A stretch of 64,000 nt of DNA, taken from positions 8,043-72,042 of IMG/VR virus record IMGVR_UViG_3300027374_000458; one strand, given 5' to 3'. Of the stretch, positions 54,841-63,247 are shown one piece after another; within the stretch, counting starts at the first letter, position 1, and each line of letters starts with the position of its first letter. The DNA is from a virus (Duplodnaviria; Caudoviricetes). A program made the position numbers and the translations under genes. The notes below the pieces were generated by a model, which was given only the letters and a program-made list of their open reading frames with translations, was not told where the DNA came from and did not search any database.

Positions 54841-55307
54841 GAAAGCACATCCTCCTCCAGAAGAATTTCCGCGACAGTGATGGAAGCCGCACTGTCCAGA
54901 TTCACCTTCTCTGCCAGCTTTTTGATGACGCTGCCAGTGCCCTGGCTGCATTCCACAGATACGATATAGCCGCGCTGTCCGCCGTTCACGTTCTGCACGA
55001 TCACAGCGTAGCGGCTGGGTCGGTATTCATTCTCAAAATCCTCCCGCGTCAGACCTTCCACTACATCCTTGCCACAGGCAGGGCAGGCGGTGAAGGAATG
55101 TCCACAGATCACCTCATCGTGAAGCACATCTGCGGTGAAGGATTCTCCGCAGGCGCCGCATTGAATGATTTTGCCGTTGTTACATGCTTCGTCTGTGCAG
55201 CTGGTGCAGATACGAAGCTCTTTTCCCACGACGCCACGATTGATAAGCCTTGTGTCCCAGACGTCAAACGCCGCATGGCAATACGCACAAACATGCTCTT
55301 TTTCCAT
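54837..55307 (-). CDS. Multi-Zn-ribbon hypothetical protein
   Basis: Four CxxC pairs; AAGGAG RBS. Confidence 0.7.
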   Translation of the reverse strand: MEKEHVCAYCHAAFDVWDTRLINRGVVGKELRICTSCTDEACNNGKIIQCGACGESFTADVLHDEVICGHSFTACPACGKDVVEGLTREDFENEYRPSRYAVIVQNVNGGQRGYIVSVECSQGTGSVIKKLAEKVNLDSAASITVAEILLEEDVLS

Positions 55308-55382
55308 GATGAACTCCTTTTTAATCAAGATAGCCCCTATTTTCATCGAACAAGCGTTAACAGGAGCCTCGCATAGTTAGAT

Positions 55383-55850
55383 TTACGGTTCCTCGCCGCA
55401 GGACTTCATTTGCCGCAGCCGCTCTTTCCACGCCTCGGCAGCCTTGGCCCTGCGATTCAATTCCGCTGCCCGCTGCTCTGGAGTCAAGGCGGACAGCCTC
55501 CATTCATCCTGATCTGCTGTGAGAGCCCCGCAAAATCGCTGCAAGATGCTCAAAGCCAATTCTGTACGGGTAGGCGTGTGATTTTCCAATGCTGCCTGCC
55601 CCTGCCGGAACAGGTCGATGTATCTGTCATACTGCTTTTCAGTGATGATTTCCCATCCGTAGGCATCGAGAATATCCTGCTCAGTTTGAAAGCCCAAAGC
55701 GGTTTCCAATTCTTTCTTGCGGGCGTCTGCCTCACGATTGATTTTCCGCTGGAATTTCTCAATCAGGCGGTTTACCTCTTTGATGACTACGCCGCTGGCT
55801 TCTGCCTCCAGCAAATAACCGGCAGCCTCCGGGTTTGTGTACCTGCTCAT
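55383..55850 (-). CDS. Helical hypothetical protein
   Basis: Co-directional ORF. Confidence 0.7.
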   Translation of the reverse strand: MSRYTNPEAAGYLLEAEASGVVIKEVNRLIEKFQRKINREADARKKELETALGFQTEQDILDAYGWEIITEKQYDRYIDLFRQGQAALENHTPTRTELALSILQRFCGALTADQDEWRLSALTPEQRAAELNRRAKAAEAWKERLRQMKSCGEEP

Positions 55851-55939
55851 ATTGCACCTGCTTCCTTATCGCTCGTTGGGGGCTTCGGCAAAGCCAACGC
55901 CCCCAACGAATATGTGTCGGAATGTGGTACTCCGCATCC

Positions 55940-56386
55940 TCACTTCTGTTTCTCGCTCTTTATGATCTTTGCCTCGGCCTTTTCAATGCCGTGCTTGAGC
56001 CTCGGATCACCCAAAACATCCTGGATTGTGTAGCCGAGTATGGTGAGCGCATCTTCAGTGTCCCTTGTATAGCCGTATTCGTGGTCTTCCAGCTCACAGA
56101 GGAACATCTGATAGATGTAGCCGTCACCGGTCTGATCTGCTGCAATCGCCGCTTCCCGTTCCTCCTGATGCCTGTGGCACATATCACGATAGGCTGGAAT
56201 GTCTTTTTTCAAGATATACGCACCGCCAAACAGGCTGGAAACCTGCGCGAGATCTTCTTTCTTGTCGGCGTCAAGACCCCACTTGCTCATCAGCTCCTTG
56301 AACTGCTGGTTGCCAAACGCATAGCCAAGGGGAAATGCGTGTACTTCCTGCTGGTGCCGTTTTTTCATGGCCCTGTATTCGTTCAT
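55940..56386 (-). CDS. Conserved hypothetical protein
   Basis: GGAGG RBS; YAFGNQQF...MFLCELEDHEYGYT. Confidence 0.75.
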   Translation of the reverse strand: MNEYRAMKKRHQQEVHAFPLGYAFGNQQFKELMSKWGLDADKKEDLAQVSSLFGGAYILKKDIPAYRDMCHRHQEEREAAIAADQTGDGYIYQMFLCELEDHEYGYTRDTEDALTILGYTIQDVLGDPRLKHGIEKAEAKIIKSEKQK

Positions 56387-57066
56387 TTATTGACCTCCTC
56401 AATCCACTGCTCCGGCTGAATGCCGAGTTTTCTGCATACTATGTCGCTGTAGTGATAGTTGTAGTCGAAAGGGTGCCAAATCAGGCCCAGGACAAAGGCG
56501 CTGTCCGGGGTATCACTCCGCCAGCCGCCGATATTGTCTCCATAGTAGTCCTCCGGGGCGCTGCCTTTTGGGGGCAGGACAATACTGTCGCCAAAATTGA
56601 GAATGTATGTCCCATTGATGAATACACGAACCTCTCCCTGGGTTGCGCTCTGCCTGACACGTTCCGTTGTGATAGTAAGGCCACGGATTACATTTCTAAC
56701 CCGCAGGGCTTCTTCCCAGGAGCGAAAATATCGGGTTCTAAACTGCGTTTCCTGCATATCTCCCTTCGCGTCCTCGGGCCGCTGTACCGATCTAACTGCA
56801 TTGCCGGAAGAGGCCCACAGGCCACCGCCGTGCTTACGTGAGATGACAGTGACCGGATACCAAAACACTCCCTCGGGAGTAAGTTCCCAGCGTTTAGCAT
56901 CATTTCCGGAGAGCGGCCGTTCATATTCGATGTAGCCCCAAGCTGTCCGGCTAATTTCCTTGCATTCGGTAGGACTGTCGTAGTTGACGATCTCCACAAC
57001 GGCATTCCCCTCCGGCTTCGGAAAACTGCCCGGCGTGATGGGGCGCTGGGTGCTATAATACTTCAT
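56383..57066 (-). CDS. Defence-against-restriction DarA C-terminal-like domain protein
   Basis: YYSTQRPITPGSFPK...AWGYIEYERPL...WEL; GAGGAGG RBS. Confidence 0.6.
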   Translation of the reverse strand: MKYYSTQRPITPGSFPKPEGNAVVEIVNYDSPTECKEISRTAWGYIEYERPLSGNDAKRWELTPEGVFWYPVTVISRKHGGGLWASSGNAVRSVQRPEDAKGDMQETQFRTRYFRSWEEALRVRNVIRGLTITTERVRQSATQGEVRVFINGTYILNFGDSIVLPPKGSAPEDYYGDNIGGWRSDTPDSAFVLGLIWHPFDYNYHYSDIVCRKLGIQPEQWIEEVNK

Positions 57067-57134
57067 ATGATTTCCTCCTCGCTGCCGGGCCTGGCCGTAG
57101 TGGCGCAAAGCCAGGCGATAGCCTACATACCTGC

Positions 57135-57677
57135 TTACGGTACGTCTGGCCCCTCATATAGATTTTTAAGGGCGGCTTCCTTGTTAAAGCGCAGCAATAC
57201 TTCTACCTTTTTGTCAGTGATATGAAAAAAACAAGGCCGCAGGCCATCGTCAATTTCGATGACATCATCCGCATGGACGGTAATCCCGATGATCTTCGAC
57301 AGAGATTGAGCCTTCAGCGCCTTTTGGAACGCAGCCGGCTCCATGTCGATAGTTCCTTTGACCCTCGGAGCGTATTCGAAGCCGCTGGGGGACATGGGAG
57401 TTCCATTCCGTCTGAGCAGGTCGCGGTAATATCGTACCGTTGCGTTCATGTAGCTATAAACACGGTATTCCGCCGGCCTCTTTCGCCTGGGACACCAGGA
57501 AGGCGGGTACACCTTTGGATCGCTTGACCGGAAACGCCGGGCTTTTTTACAGCCTTTGCAATATCTGCTGCCAAAAATGAGATGAGTGTCATCGGGCTCA
57601 GATGGAGGCGGCCCCATGTAGGTAAAATTGTCCGGACAGTCCGCACAACGAAACCGGTGGATTCTCCCATTTGACAA
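57135..57677 (-). CDS. Hypothetical protein with Cys motifs
   Basis: CADC, CKGC, WCPRR. Confidence 0.65.
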   Translation of the reverse strand: MSNGRIHRFRCADCPDNFTYMGPPPSEPDDTHLIFGSRYCKGCKKARRFRSSDPKVYPPSWCPRRKRPAEYRVYSYMNATVRYYRDLLRRNGTPMSPSGFEYAPRVKGTIDMEPAAFQKALKAQSLSKIIGITVHADDVIEIDDGLRPCFFHITDKKVEVLLRFNKEAALKNLYEGPDVP

Positions 57678-58058
57678 TCACATCAGGCCTCCTTCCATAT
57701 CCGATGAAAGGATCTCCCCATAATATCTCTGTTGCGCCCGGTCGGTAGAAAAGGACGTGTACGGAATGCACACGCCTCTGTCAATCAGCAGCTTGCAAAA
57801 CTCAAAATCGCAGGTCTCGGGATAGACACGCTTATTTGGAACATAGTCCTCATTGCTTGCAACAGGCCGCTCCACCGGTTCCTTGCCGTAATCATACATC
57901 ACCGTATGGATCACTCCAGCCTCCAAATAGACATGCCAGGAGGTGCGCGACGTAGTATAGCCCCACAGCAATGTCCGGTTATCCTGATTTTTCAGATCGT
58001 TTCCGCAAATAAGCGGCGCCTTCCGGTCACAAAGAGATTCATACTCCTGCTTTGTCAT
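57678..58058 (-). CDS. Hypothetical protein
   Basis: GGAGG RBS; RTLLWGY. Confidence 0.75.
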   Translation of the reverse strand: MTKQEYESLCDRKAPLICGNDLKNQDNRTLLWGYTTSRTSWHVYLEAGVIHTVMYDYGKEPVERPVASNEDYVPNKRVYPETCDFEFCKLLIDRGVCIPYTSFSTDRAQQRYYGEILSSDMEGGLM

Positions 58059-58071
58059 ATAGATTCCTCCG

Positions 58072-58491
58072 TCAGCTTCCCGATCTGGGAGCGTGGCCCA
58101 TACCTGCCATGACCATCATCATGGCTGTGCGATAGCCTGCGGCAAACGCCTGTTCCCGCTGCCCATCGCCTCGTTTGTTCATCAGGGAAAACGTGTGGTC
58201 AATCTGTACCCAGATGTCCGGCGGAACGGCGGCACGAAGTGCGGTCTCATTTGCCAGTATCTCGGCGGAGCAGCGGGAAATCTCATCAGTATCCGGTTCA
58301 TCGCTGGGATCATAATTGCCCTGATATAACTGCGATAGAAAGTCCGCAGGAACTTCACAGGCAAAGGGAAGTCCGACGGCAGGGGCTGGCTTATTCGATT
58401 TTGCAATCAGTTCCAGGGCGTTGGCGATTCTTGGGACTGTTTTGCCATAGAATTCGTGGCCCATTTGTGTATCATGGAAATTCATTGACAT
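58072..58491 (-). CDS. Hypothetical protein
   Basis: GAGGAGG RBS; FHDTQMGHEFY. Confidence 0.7.
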   Translation of the reverse strand: MSMNFHDTQMGHEFYGKTVPRIANALELIAKSNKPAPAVGLPFACEVPADFLSQLYQGNYDPSDEPDTDEISRCSAEILANETALRAAVPPDIWVQIDHTFSLMNKRGDGQREQAFAAGYRTAMMMVMAGMGHAPRSGS

Positions 58492-58496
58492 CCTCC

Positions 58497-58712
58497 TCAT
58501 GTTTTCATTCGCACAGGCAAACACTGGTCGAGATAGATGCGCCGCCCATAGGGTTGTACAAACTGCCGCCCGTTCCTGGTTTGGCGCACTTTATAGCTTT
58601 TTGCAGTCTGTTCCCGCTGCGTCCCGACATATAAGACCATCAGATGATCAGGAATATCGGGGTCGCTCCAGAGTTCATAGCCCGTAATACCAAGAGAATA
58701 GGTGATGTGCAT
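58497..58712 (-). CDS. Hypothetical protein
   Basis: GAGGGG RBS. Confidence 0.6.
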   Translation of the reverse strand: MHITYSLGITGYELWSDPDIPDHLMVLYVGTQREQTAKSYKVRQTRNGRQFVQPYGRRIYLDQCLPVRMKT

Positions 58713-58728
58713 GTTCGCCGTTTCCCCC

Positions 58729-59265
58729 TCACGAAGCAATTTCCTCAATGATAGGCTGTGTGCAGCGCATACCGCCATGAATATCCTTCAACATATTCTC
58801 CACGCAGACATCAAACGAGTATTTGCCGATGCCCGGACCGGTCAAGGCGTAGTGCATCATGGTCTCCCGGTAGACGAACCGGATACCGCAATTCGTAGAC
58901 AGCACAATCACGGCATAGACCGCCAGGAAGTTGCAAGCCTCACGGGGCATGATGTCCACAGCGGCGTCAGCGAACGGCGTGTCATTTGACAGCACTGCGG
59001 CTCTGACCTTTTCGGTATATTCGACCTGGTGGTCGCGGAAATAGCGGATGCTCTCCAGCCGCTCACGCAGCCCCTGGATATAGTTGCGGCGGTCGATCCC
59101 GATATACAGCGTCCGCCCGCTGCCAAATACCAAGGAGTAGTCGTTGTGTCCCCGGTACTTGCCGCGGCACGCCTTTTTCTCTACCCGGTATGTGGTCTCA
59201 CCGAACAGACGGGTCAACTCCGTCTCCAGTTTCTTTGCCTCCTGGGCAGCTTTCATATTTGCCAT
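58729..59265 (-). CDS. Hypothetical protein
   Basis: AAAGGGG RBS. Confidence 0.7.
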   Translation of the reverse strand: MANMKAAQEAKKLETELTRLFGETTYRVEKKACRGKYRGHNDYSLVFGSGRTLYIGIDRRNYIQGLRERLESIRYFRDHQVEYTEKVRAAVLSNDTPFADAAVDIMPREACNFLAVYAVIVLSTNCGIRFVYRETMMHYALTGPGIGKYSFDVCVENMLKDIHGGMRCTQPIIEEIAS

Positions 59266-59280
59266 AGTCAACCCCTTTCT

Positions 59281-59547
59281 CTATTTGACAAACAGATCCT
59301 GCAGGTCATGCTCTTCAATGGTCCACGAATAGTAGTCCATTCCATCCTCAATGCCGGCGGATCGCTTTGTGCATATGCAGCGGTGGTCATCGCTCTGCTC
59401 GGACACATCGAAAGAGATTTCCTGAAGTTTTTCCGCGTAAGCGGTCTCCATTTCTTCTCTTGCCGGGTCTTCACTGGAATAAGGGGACACCTTTGTCTCA
59501 TAGCAGCCGTCGGTATCCTCCTTATAAATCAGAATATAAACTTTCAT
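59281..59547 (-). CDS. Small acidic hypothetical protein
   Basis: AAGGAG RBS. Confidence 0.7.
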   Translation of the reverse strand: MKVYILIYKEDTDGCYETKVSPYSSEDPAREEMETAYAEKLQEISFDVSEQSDDHRCICTKRSAGIEDGMDYYSWTIEEHDLQDLFVK

Positions 59548-59557
59548 AACAATCTCC

Positions 59558-59752
59558 TTACCCGGCTTTGCGCCGGGACGCTGCGGATTTGTAAAAGCCG
59601 CTCAGACCGATATCGGTCACGCGCCATTCCTCCGGGTGTTCCTGACCGGCGCGGATCTTCTCCAACAGGCGGCGGTTGCTGCAGATGCCGTAAATCACAT
59701 GCCGGTGCCAGCCGTTTGTGCTTTGCCGCGTCAGCCTCACCAATGCGTACAC
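59558..59752 (-). CDS. Small basic hypothetical protein
   Basis: AAAGGGG RBS. Confidence 0.55.
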   Translation of the reverse strand: MYALVRLTRQSTNGWHRHVIYGICSNRRLLEKIRAGQEHPEEWRVTDIGLSGFYKSAASRRKAG

Positions 59753-59757
59753 AGATT

Positions 59758-60429
59758 TCAGCCCCCTTTCGCTGCCTCCACCGCCAGTTTTTTTAGCTCC
59801 TCGGTATTGCGGATGAACTGCGGCAGGAAAGGCTGATCCAAATCGTAGTTGTAGTAGCGGTAGAACAGGAATTGGAACATCATGCTCTTAAACCGCGCTG
59901 CCCCCATTTCCCGGACAGCTCTGCCCAGAATAGGAAGAGCGTCATAGTCCGCTTTCATAAACTGCCGGGCGTCTTTGGAAAAATTCTGATTGAACCAATC
60001 TTTAACAGACACACGGCCGCCGGTAAAGTGATGGGGCCGCTCCGTGCAGAGACAATAAAGAAAATCCTTCCCGCAGTCGCCCGGCGCAACGCTGAATGGG
60101 TACAGGCGGCAAATCCGCGGCCGGGCCTCATAGACATCGCACCTGCCATCCTTCAGGAAAACACAGGAATGCTCCTGCCCCACCGTGTTCAGCAGGAAGA
60201 TAGGCAGGCAGTCCATCAGCAGGTCGGCATGGGCGTACTCTGCCAACACATCCTCCAGGCCCTCAATGGGCTCGCCCCGTTTCCGCAGGAATCTGCCCAG
60301 ATGGTAAATATCCATCGGCTCCAGCATCAGGCTGTTCTCCGCATCACGGCAGCAGGCCCCGCACAGCTGGCAGCGAAATACCACTTGTTCCCCTGGATGT
60401 ACAGGCTTTATGCTGCTTATTTGGTTCAT
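59758..60429 (-). CDS. YkgJ-family cysteine cluster (CxxCxxCC) protein
   Basis: FRCQLCGACC, CVFLKDGRCDVYEARPRICRLYPF. Confidence 0.88.
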   Translation of the reverse strand: MNQISSIKPVHPGEQVVFRCQLCGACCRDAENSLMLEPMDIYHLGRFLRKRGEPIEGLEDVLAEYAHADLLMDCLPIFLLNTVGQEHSCVFLKDGRCDVYEARPRICRLYPFSVAPGDCGKDFLYCLCTERPHHFTGGRVSVKDWFNQNFSKDARQFMKADYDALPILGRAVREMGAARFKSMMFQFLFYRYYNYDLDQPFLPQFIRNTEELKKLAVEAAKGG

Positions 60430-60502
60430 AAAGCTCTCCTCTCAATAAAAAAGGTGCGCCGTGGATTCGTCCACAGCGCACCCCTTTTGGGTTCAGGTTC
60501 AG

Positions 60503-60745
60503 TTACGCGGCCATGCACAGCACCTGCTGCTCAGCTGCCTGCGGAGCAGGGTCCGGCAACAGCAGCCGATAGATGGTGTTCATGGTCTCAAACCGCACCT
60601 CATCATATTCGGCCTCATGGATCTCCACCACACGGGACGTGCGGGTGAAGTGTCCGTTATGCAGAATGAGGGCGCATTGCCCTACCGCAAGAGGATACAT
60701 CAGAATCCCGTTCAGCGTAGTGGTTCTCTTGGCTTTCATGTTCAA
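60503..60745 (-). CDS. Hypothetical protein
   Basis: GGAGG RBS; RTSRVV...FETMNTIY. Confidence 0.7.
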   Translation of the reverse strand: MNMKAKRTTTLNGILMYPLAVGQCALILHNGHFTRTSRVVEIHEAEYDEVRFETMNTIYRLLLPDPAPQAAEQQVLCMAA

Positions 60746-60755
60746 AACCTCCGTT

Positions 60756-61280
60756 TCAATTCATGTGTAGCTGCAAATATACGCGATATAACTCCCGCAG
60801 AAGCTTTCGTACCCGCCGGGTATCCATTCCCAGCGAGCGGGCCGTCTCCGCAATAGAACAGCCTTGCGCCCGCAGAGACGCCATCTCGTATTGCTCTGGA
60901 CTGGAGATGGCGGCCAGATCGTGTAAAATCAGCCTGGCTTCCATCTCCTCCATAGGGTCTGGCGGCGCCGACCAAACAGTTTCCATGTAGCGGCGCTCTG
61001 TTTCCTGCCGTCTGGTTTCGGCCCGGTGGAAAGAAGCGATGCTTTGTTCCATAGAGCGCCATGCGACAGTAGAGAACGCATATTGACGCAGTTCGGGCAT
61101 TGTGTGATACCGCCAGACAGCGGAAAGGTAGCCGAGGGCGGCAATATCGTAATATTCGCCCACGGCACAGCCTTTCCAATGTAAAAAGCGGTATATCAGC
61201 TCATGGTTCTCAGCTGCAAAGCTGCGCTGGTCTTCCGTCAGTGCGACAGGCCTATCGGCCGAATCACAACGGCAGTTCGT
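60756..61280 (-). CDS. Sigma-70-family (ECF-like) factor; start codon non-canonical or lost
   Basis: LTEDQRSFAAENHELIYRFL...EYYDIAALGYL...FSTVA...GCSIAETARSLG; conserved-looking N-terminus lies upstream of the ORF-track start at 61163. Confidence 0.7.
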   Translation of the reverse strand, partial: TNCRCDSADRPVALTEDQRSFAAENHELIYRFLHWKGCAVGEYYDIAALGYLSAVWRYHTMPELRQYAFSTVAWRSMEQSIASFHRAETRRQETERRYMETVWSAPPDPMEEMEARLILHDLAAISSPEQYEMASLRAQGCSIAETARSLGMDTRRVRKLLRELYRVYLQLHMN

Positions 61281-62109
61281 CGCCTTCGCCGCTCACGACA
61301 GCGGCGCCTACTCCGACAGCAAAATGCCCCTCGTTGTCAGGCATAGTGCGAACCGGACGGCTCACCTCGATTTCGCTGCCGGCGCTTGTCTCACGCTCGG
61401 CCATGCGCTGATCCAGGATCAGCTTGACCTGCTCCTTGAAGCTGTCCGCATAGGCCCGGACCCTCGCCAGATCATCGCCGGTAAAGTCGTAGAGCCGCTT
61501 GAAGGTAGCGACGCTGTAGTCGTCCTTCCCATTGTTCATCTTCTTCAGGCCGATCTGTACTACGCTGCCGCAGACGCCGCGACGGCGGGCCATGAATGCG
61601 GTATTCACAAACTCCCTGTAGGGGCGGATGCTAGTGGGCGGCAGGGAAATCTGGATCGGGAGGAAGCCTCCGCTCTGAAGCAGGTAGATGACCCGCATGT
61701 TTTTGCAGGCTTTGCCTTTTCCGTTGGGGCCGGAGCCAAAGATGTTGTGCTCGCAGTGAGCGCACAGGCCGCCAGGGCAGCCGGCACCCAGCTTGCCGTC
61801 CATGGACTGGCACTGCGGCGAGACATTCTTCTCCTCATCCTCATGGCCGCCGGGCCAGTAGGCGTTGGAGTTGTGGCTGTGGACGATCACGCCTTCCAGC
61901 GTCTTGGAGTAGTCCGGGTTGTCCGGGTCATCGGTGGGAATCTCAAACTGCAACTGTCCGCCGCTGGGGATCTTGATCCGCTGGAAGCCAAGGTCCAGGC
62001 CCTCCATATCCTCGGCCAGCTCCTCCTGGGAGAAGTCGCTGCCGGTCACCACATCGGGCAGCAGGAAAGGGGTACGCTCCGCCAGGGCAGTGTTCATCTG
62101 AGTGTTCAT
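61264..62109 (-). CDS. Phage-type protein, possibly a Zn-binding ssDNA-binding protein
   Basis: RIKIPSGG, C.S.DG..G...CAHC..N.FGS...KACKN, acidic C-terminus ending ELPL. Confidence 0.45.
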   Translation of the reverse strand: MNTQMNTALAERTPFLLPDVVTGSDFSQEELAEDMEGLDLGFQRIKIPSGGQLQFEIPTDDPDNPDYSKTLEGVIVHSHNSNAYWPGGHEDEEKNVSPQCQSMDGKLGAGCPGGLCAHCEHNIFGSGPNGKGKACKNMRVIYLLQSGGFLPIQISLPPTSIRPYREFVNTAFMARRRGVCGSVVQIGLKKMNNGKDDYSVATFKRLYDFTGDDLARVRAYADSFKEQVKLILDQRMAERETSAGSEIEVSRPVRTMPDNEGHFAVGVGAAVVSGEGDELPL

Positions 62110-62151
62110 GTAGTAGTCCTCCTATAAAAAAATGATATTTTAGCAGAGCCG

Positions 62152-63234
62152 TCAGGCGGCCATGCTGCTAACTTGGTTGATCCGCCGGAAAATCTCCGGG
62201 TTCATGGTCATGACCGAATAGCCGATACTCTCAAGCTGGGTGGCTCGGTCATAGCTTTCCACGTCCTGGCTGTGCCGCGTGACGGCGTTTGCCAGACCGT
62301 AAACAGTATAGTCAGCGTCCTCAATCAGGCGCTGAAGTACGCCGCCGCTCTCCGCTTCCGTGATGCCAAAGCTGGAGCTTGCCAGCTTGACCACGCCGGG
62401 GAGATCTGCGGTATTCAGGTGCATCTGTGTACTTTCCCGCATTTTGCCCAGAACCTGAGTAAAGCGGGCCTCGTCCACCGCCGACCGCACCGTGTCCCGA
62501 ATCTTCAGGACAAATGCCTTATCATCGGCGGCCAGTGTCTCCTGGGAATAGAGGTAGAAGTTTTCATCCGTGGTGTTGACACGACCAATATGGGTGCGCC
62601 GCGTCCTCGCCTCGTTGACCACCATTCCGTTTGAGCAGACCAGACGGTAAATCAGCGGCTGAATGCTCACAGCACCCAGTCCGGTTTCGCTGTTGGAGAT
62701 TATCACGCCTGCCTGCACAATGTCACCGGGCCTCACCTCGGCGGTAAGCCGGGGATTGACTACTTTAATATAAAGGAAATCCTCGGTGAGCTGACAGCTT
62801 TCATAGTAGGCATCCTGCATCTCCTCGATGACAGGAAGTGTGATGTTGGCGATGTCCAGGTTATCAATGCGGCGGTAACGGTCGCTGAGAAACGCCCTGG
62901 CCCGGCCATCCATAGTGCGGATCAAGCGGGTCTCGGCGCTCCGGCTGAGCCAGCTGTTGACATTATCCGCCAAAAGGCCCATATTCTCCGTCAGCATCTT
63001 CTCGTAATACTTCTGGGGGATTCCCAGATACGCACCGAGTTGCCGGTGGGCCGTCTGCTGGATATCCAGTGGTTCCACACGGTCTATGCCATCGTTGCCC
63101 AGGAGCCGTAGCACCGGAGCACTGCCGCTTGTTTCCATGTGCATGTTGGCTGTGTTGACCGCATAGTCTTGTTTTGCCTTGCTTTGGCGCAGGATCTCCC
63201 GCGCCATGTCCTGAATGGTCAGTCCTGCTTTCAC
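62152..63234 (-). CDS. DUF932 domain-containing protein
   Basis: RAFLSDRY, ISNSETGLGA, YRLVCSNGM, YGLANAVT; AGGAGG RBS plus GTG. Confidence 0.85.
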   Translation of the reverse strand: MKAGLTIQDMAREILRQSKAKQDYAVNTANMHMETSGSAPVLRLLGNDGIDRVEPLDIQQTAHRQLGAYLGIPQKYYEKMLTENMGLLADNVNSWLSRSAETRLIRTMDGRARAFLSDRYRRIDNLDIANITLPVIEEMQDAYYESCQLTEDFLYIKVVNPRLTAEVRPGDIVQAGVIISNSETGLGAVSIQPLIYRLVCSNGMVVNEARTRRTHIGRVNTTDENFYLYSQETLAADDKAFVLKIRDTVRSAVDEARFTQVLGKMRESTQMHLNTADLPGVVKLASSSFGITEAESGGVLQRLIEDADYTVYGLANAVTRHSQDVESYDRATQLESIGYSVMTMNPEIFRRINQVSSMAA

Positions 63235-63247
63235 ATTGCTCCTCCTT

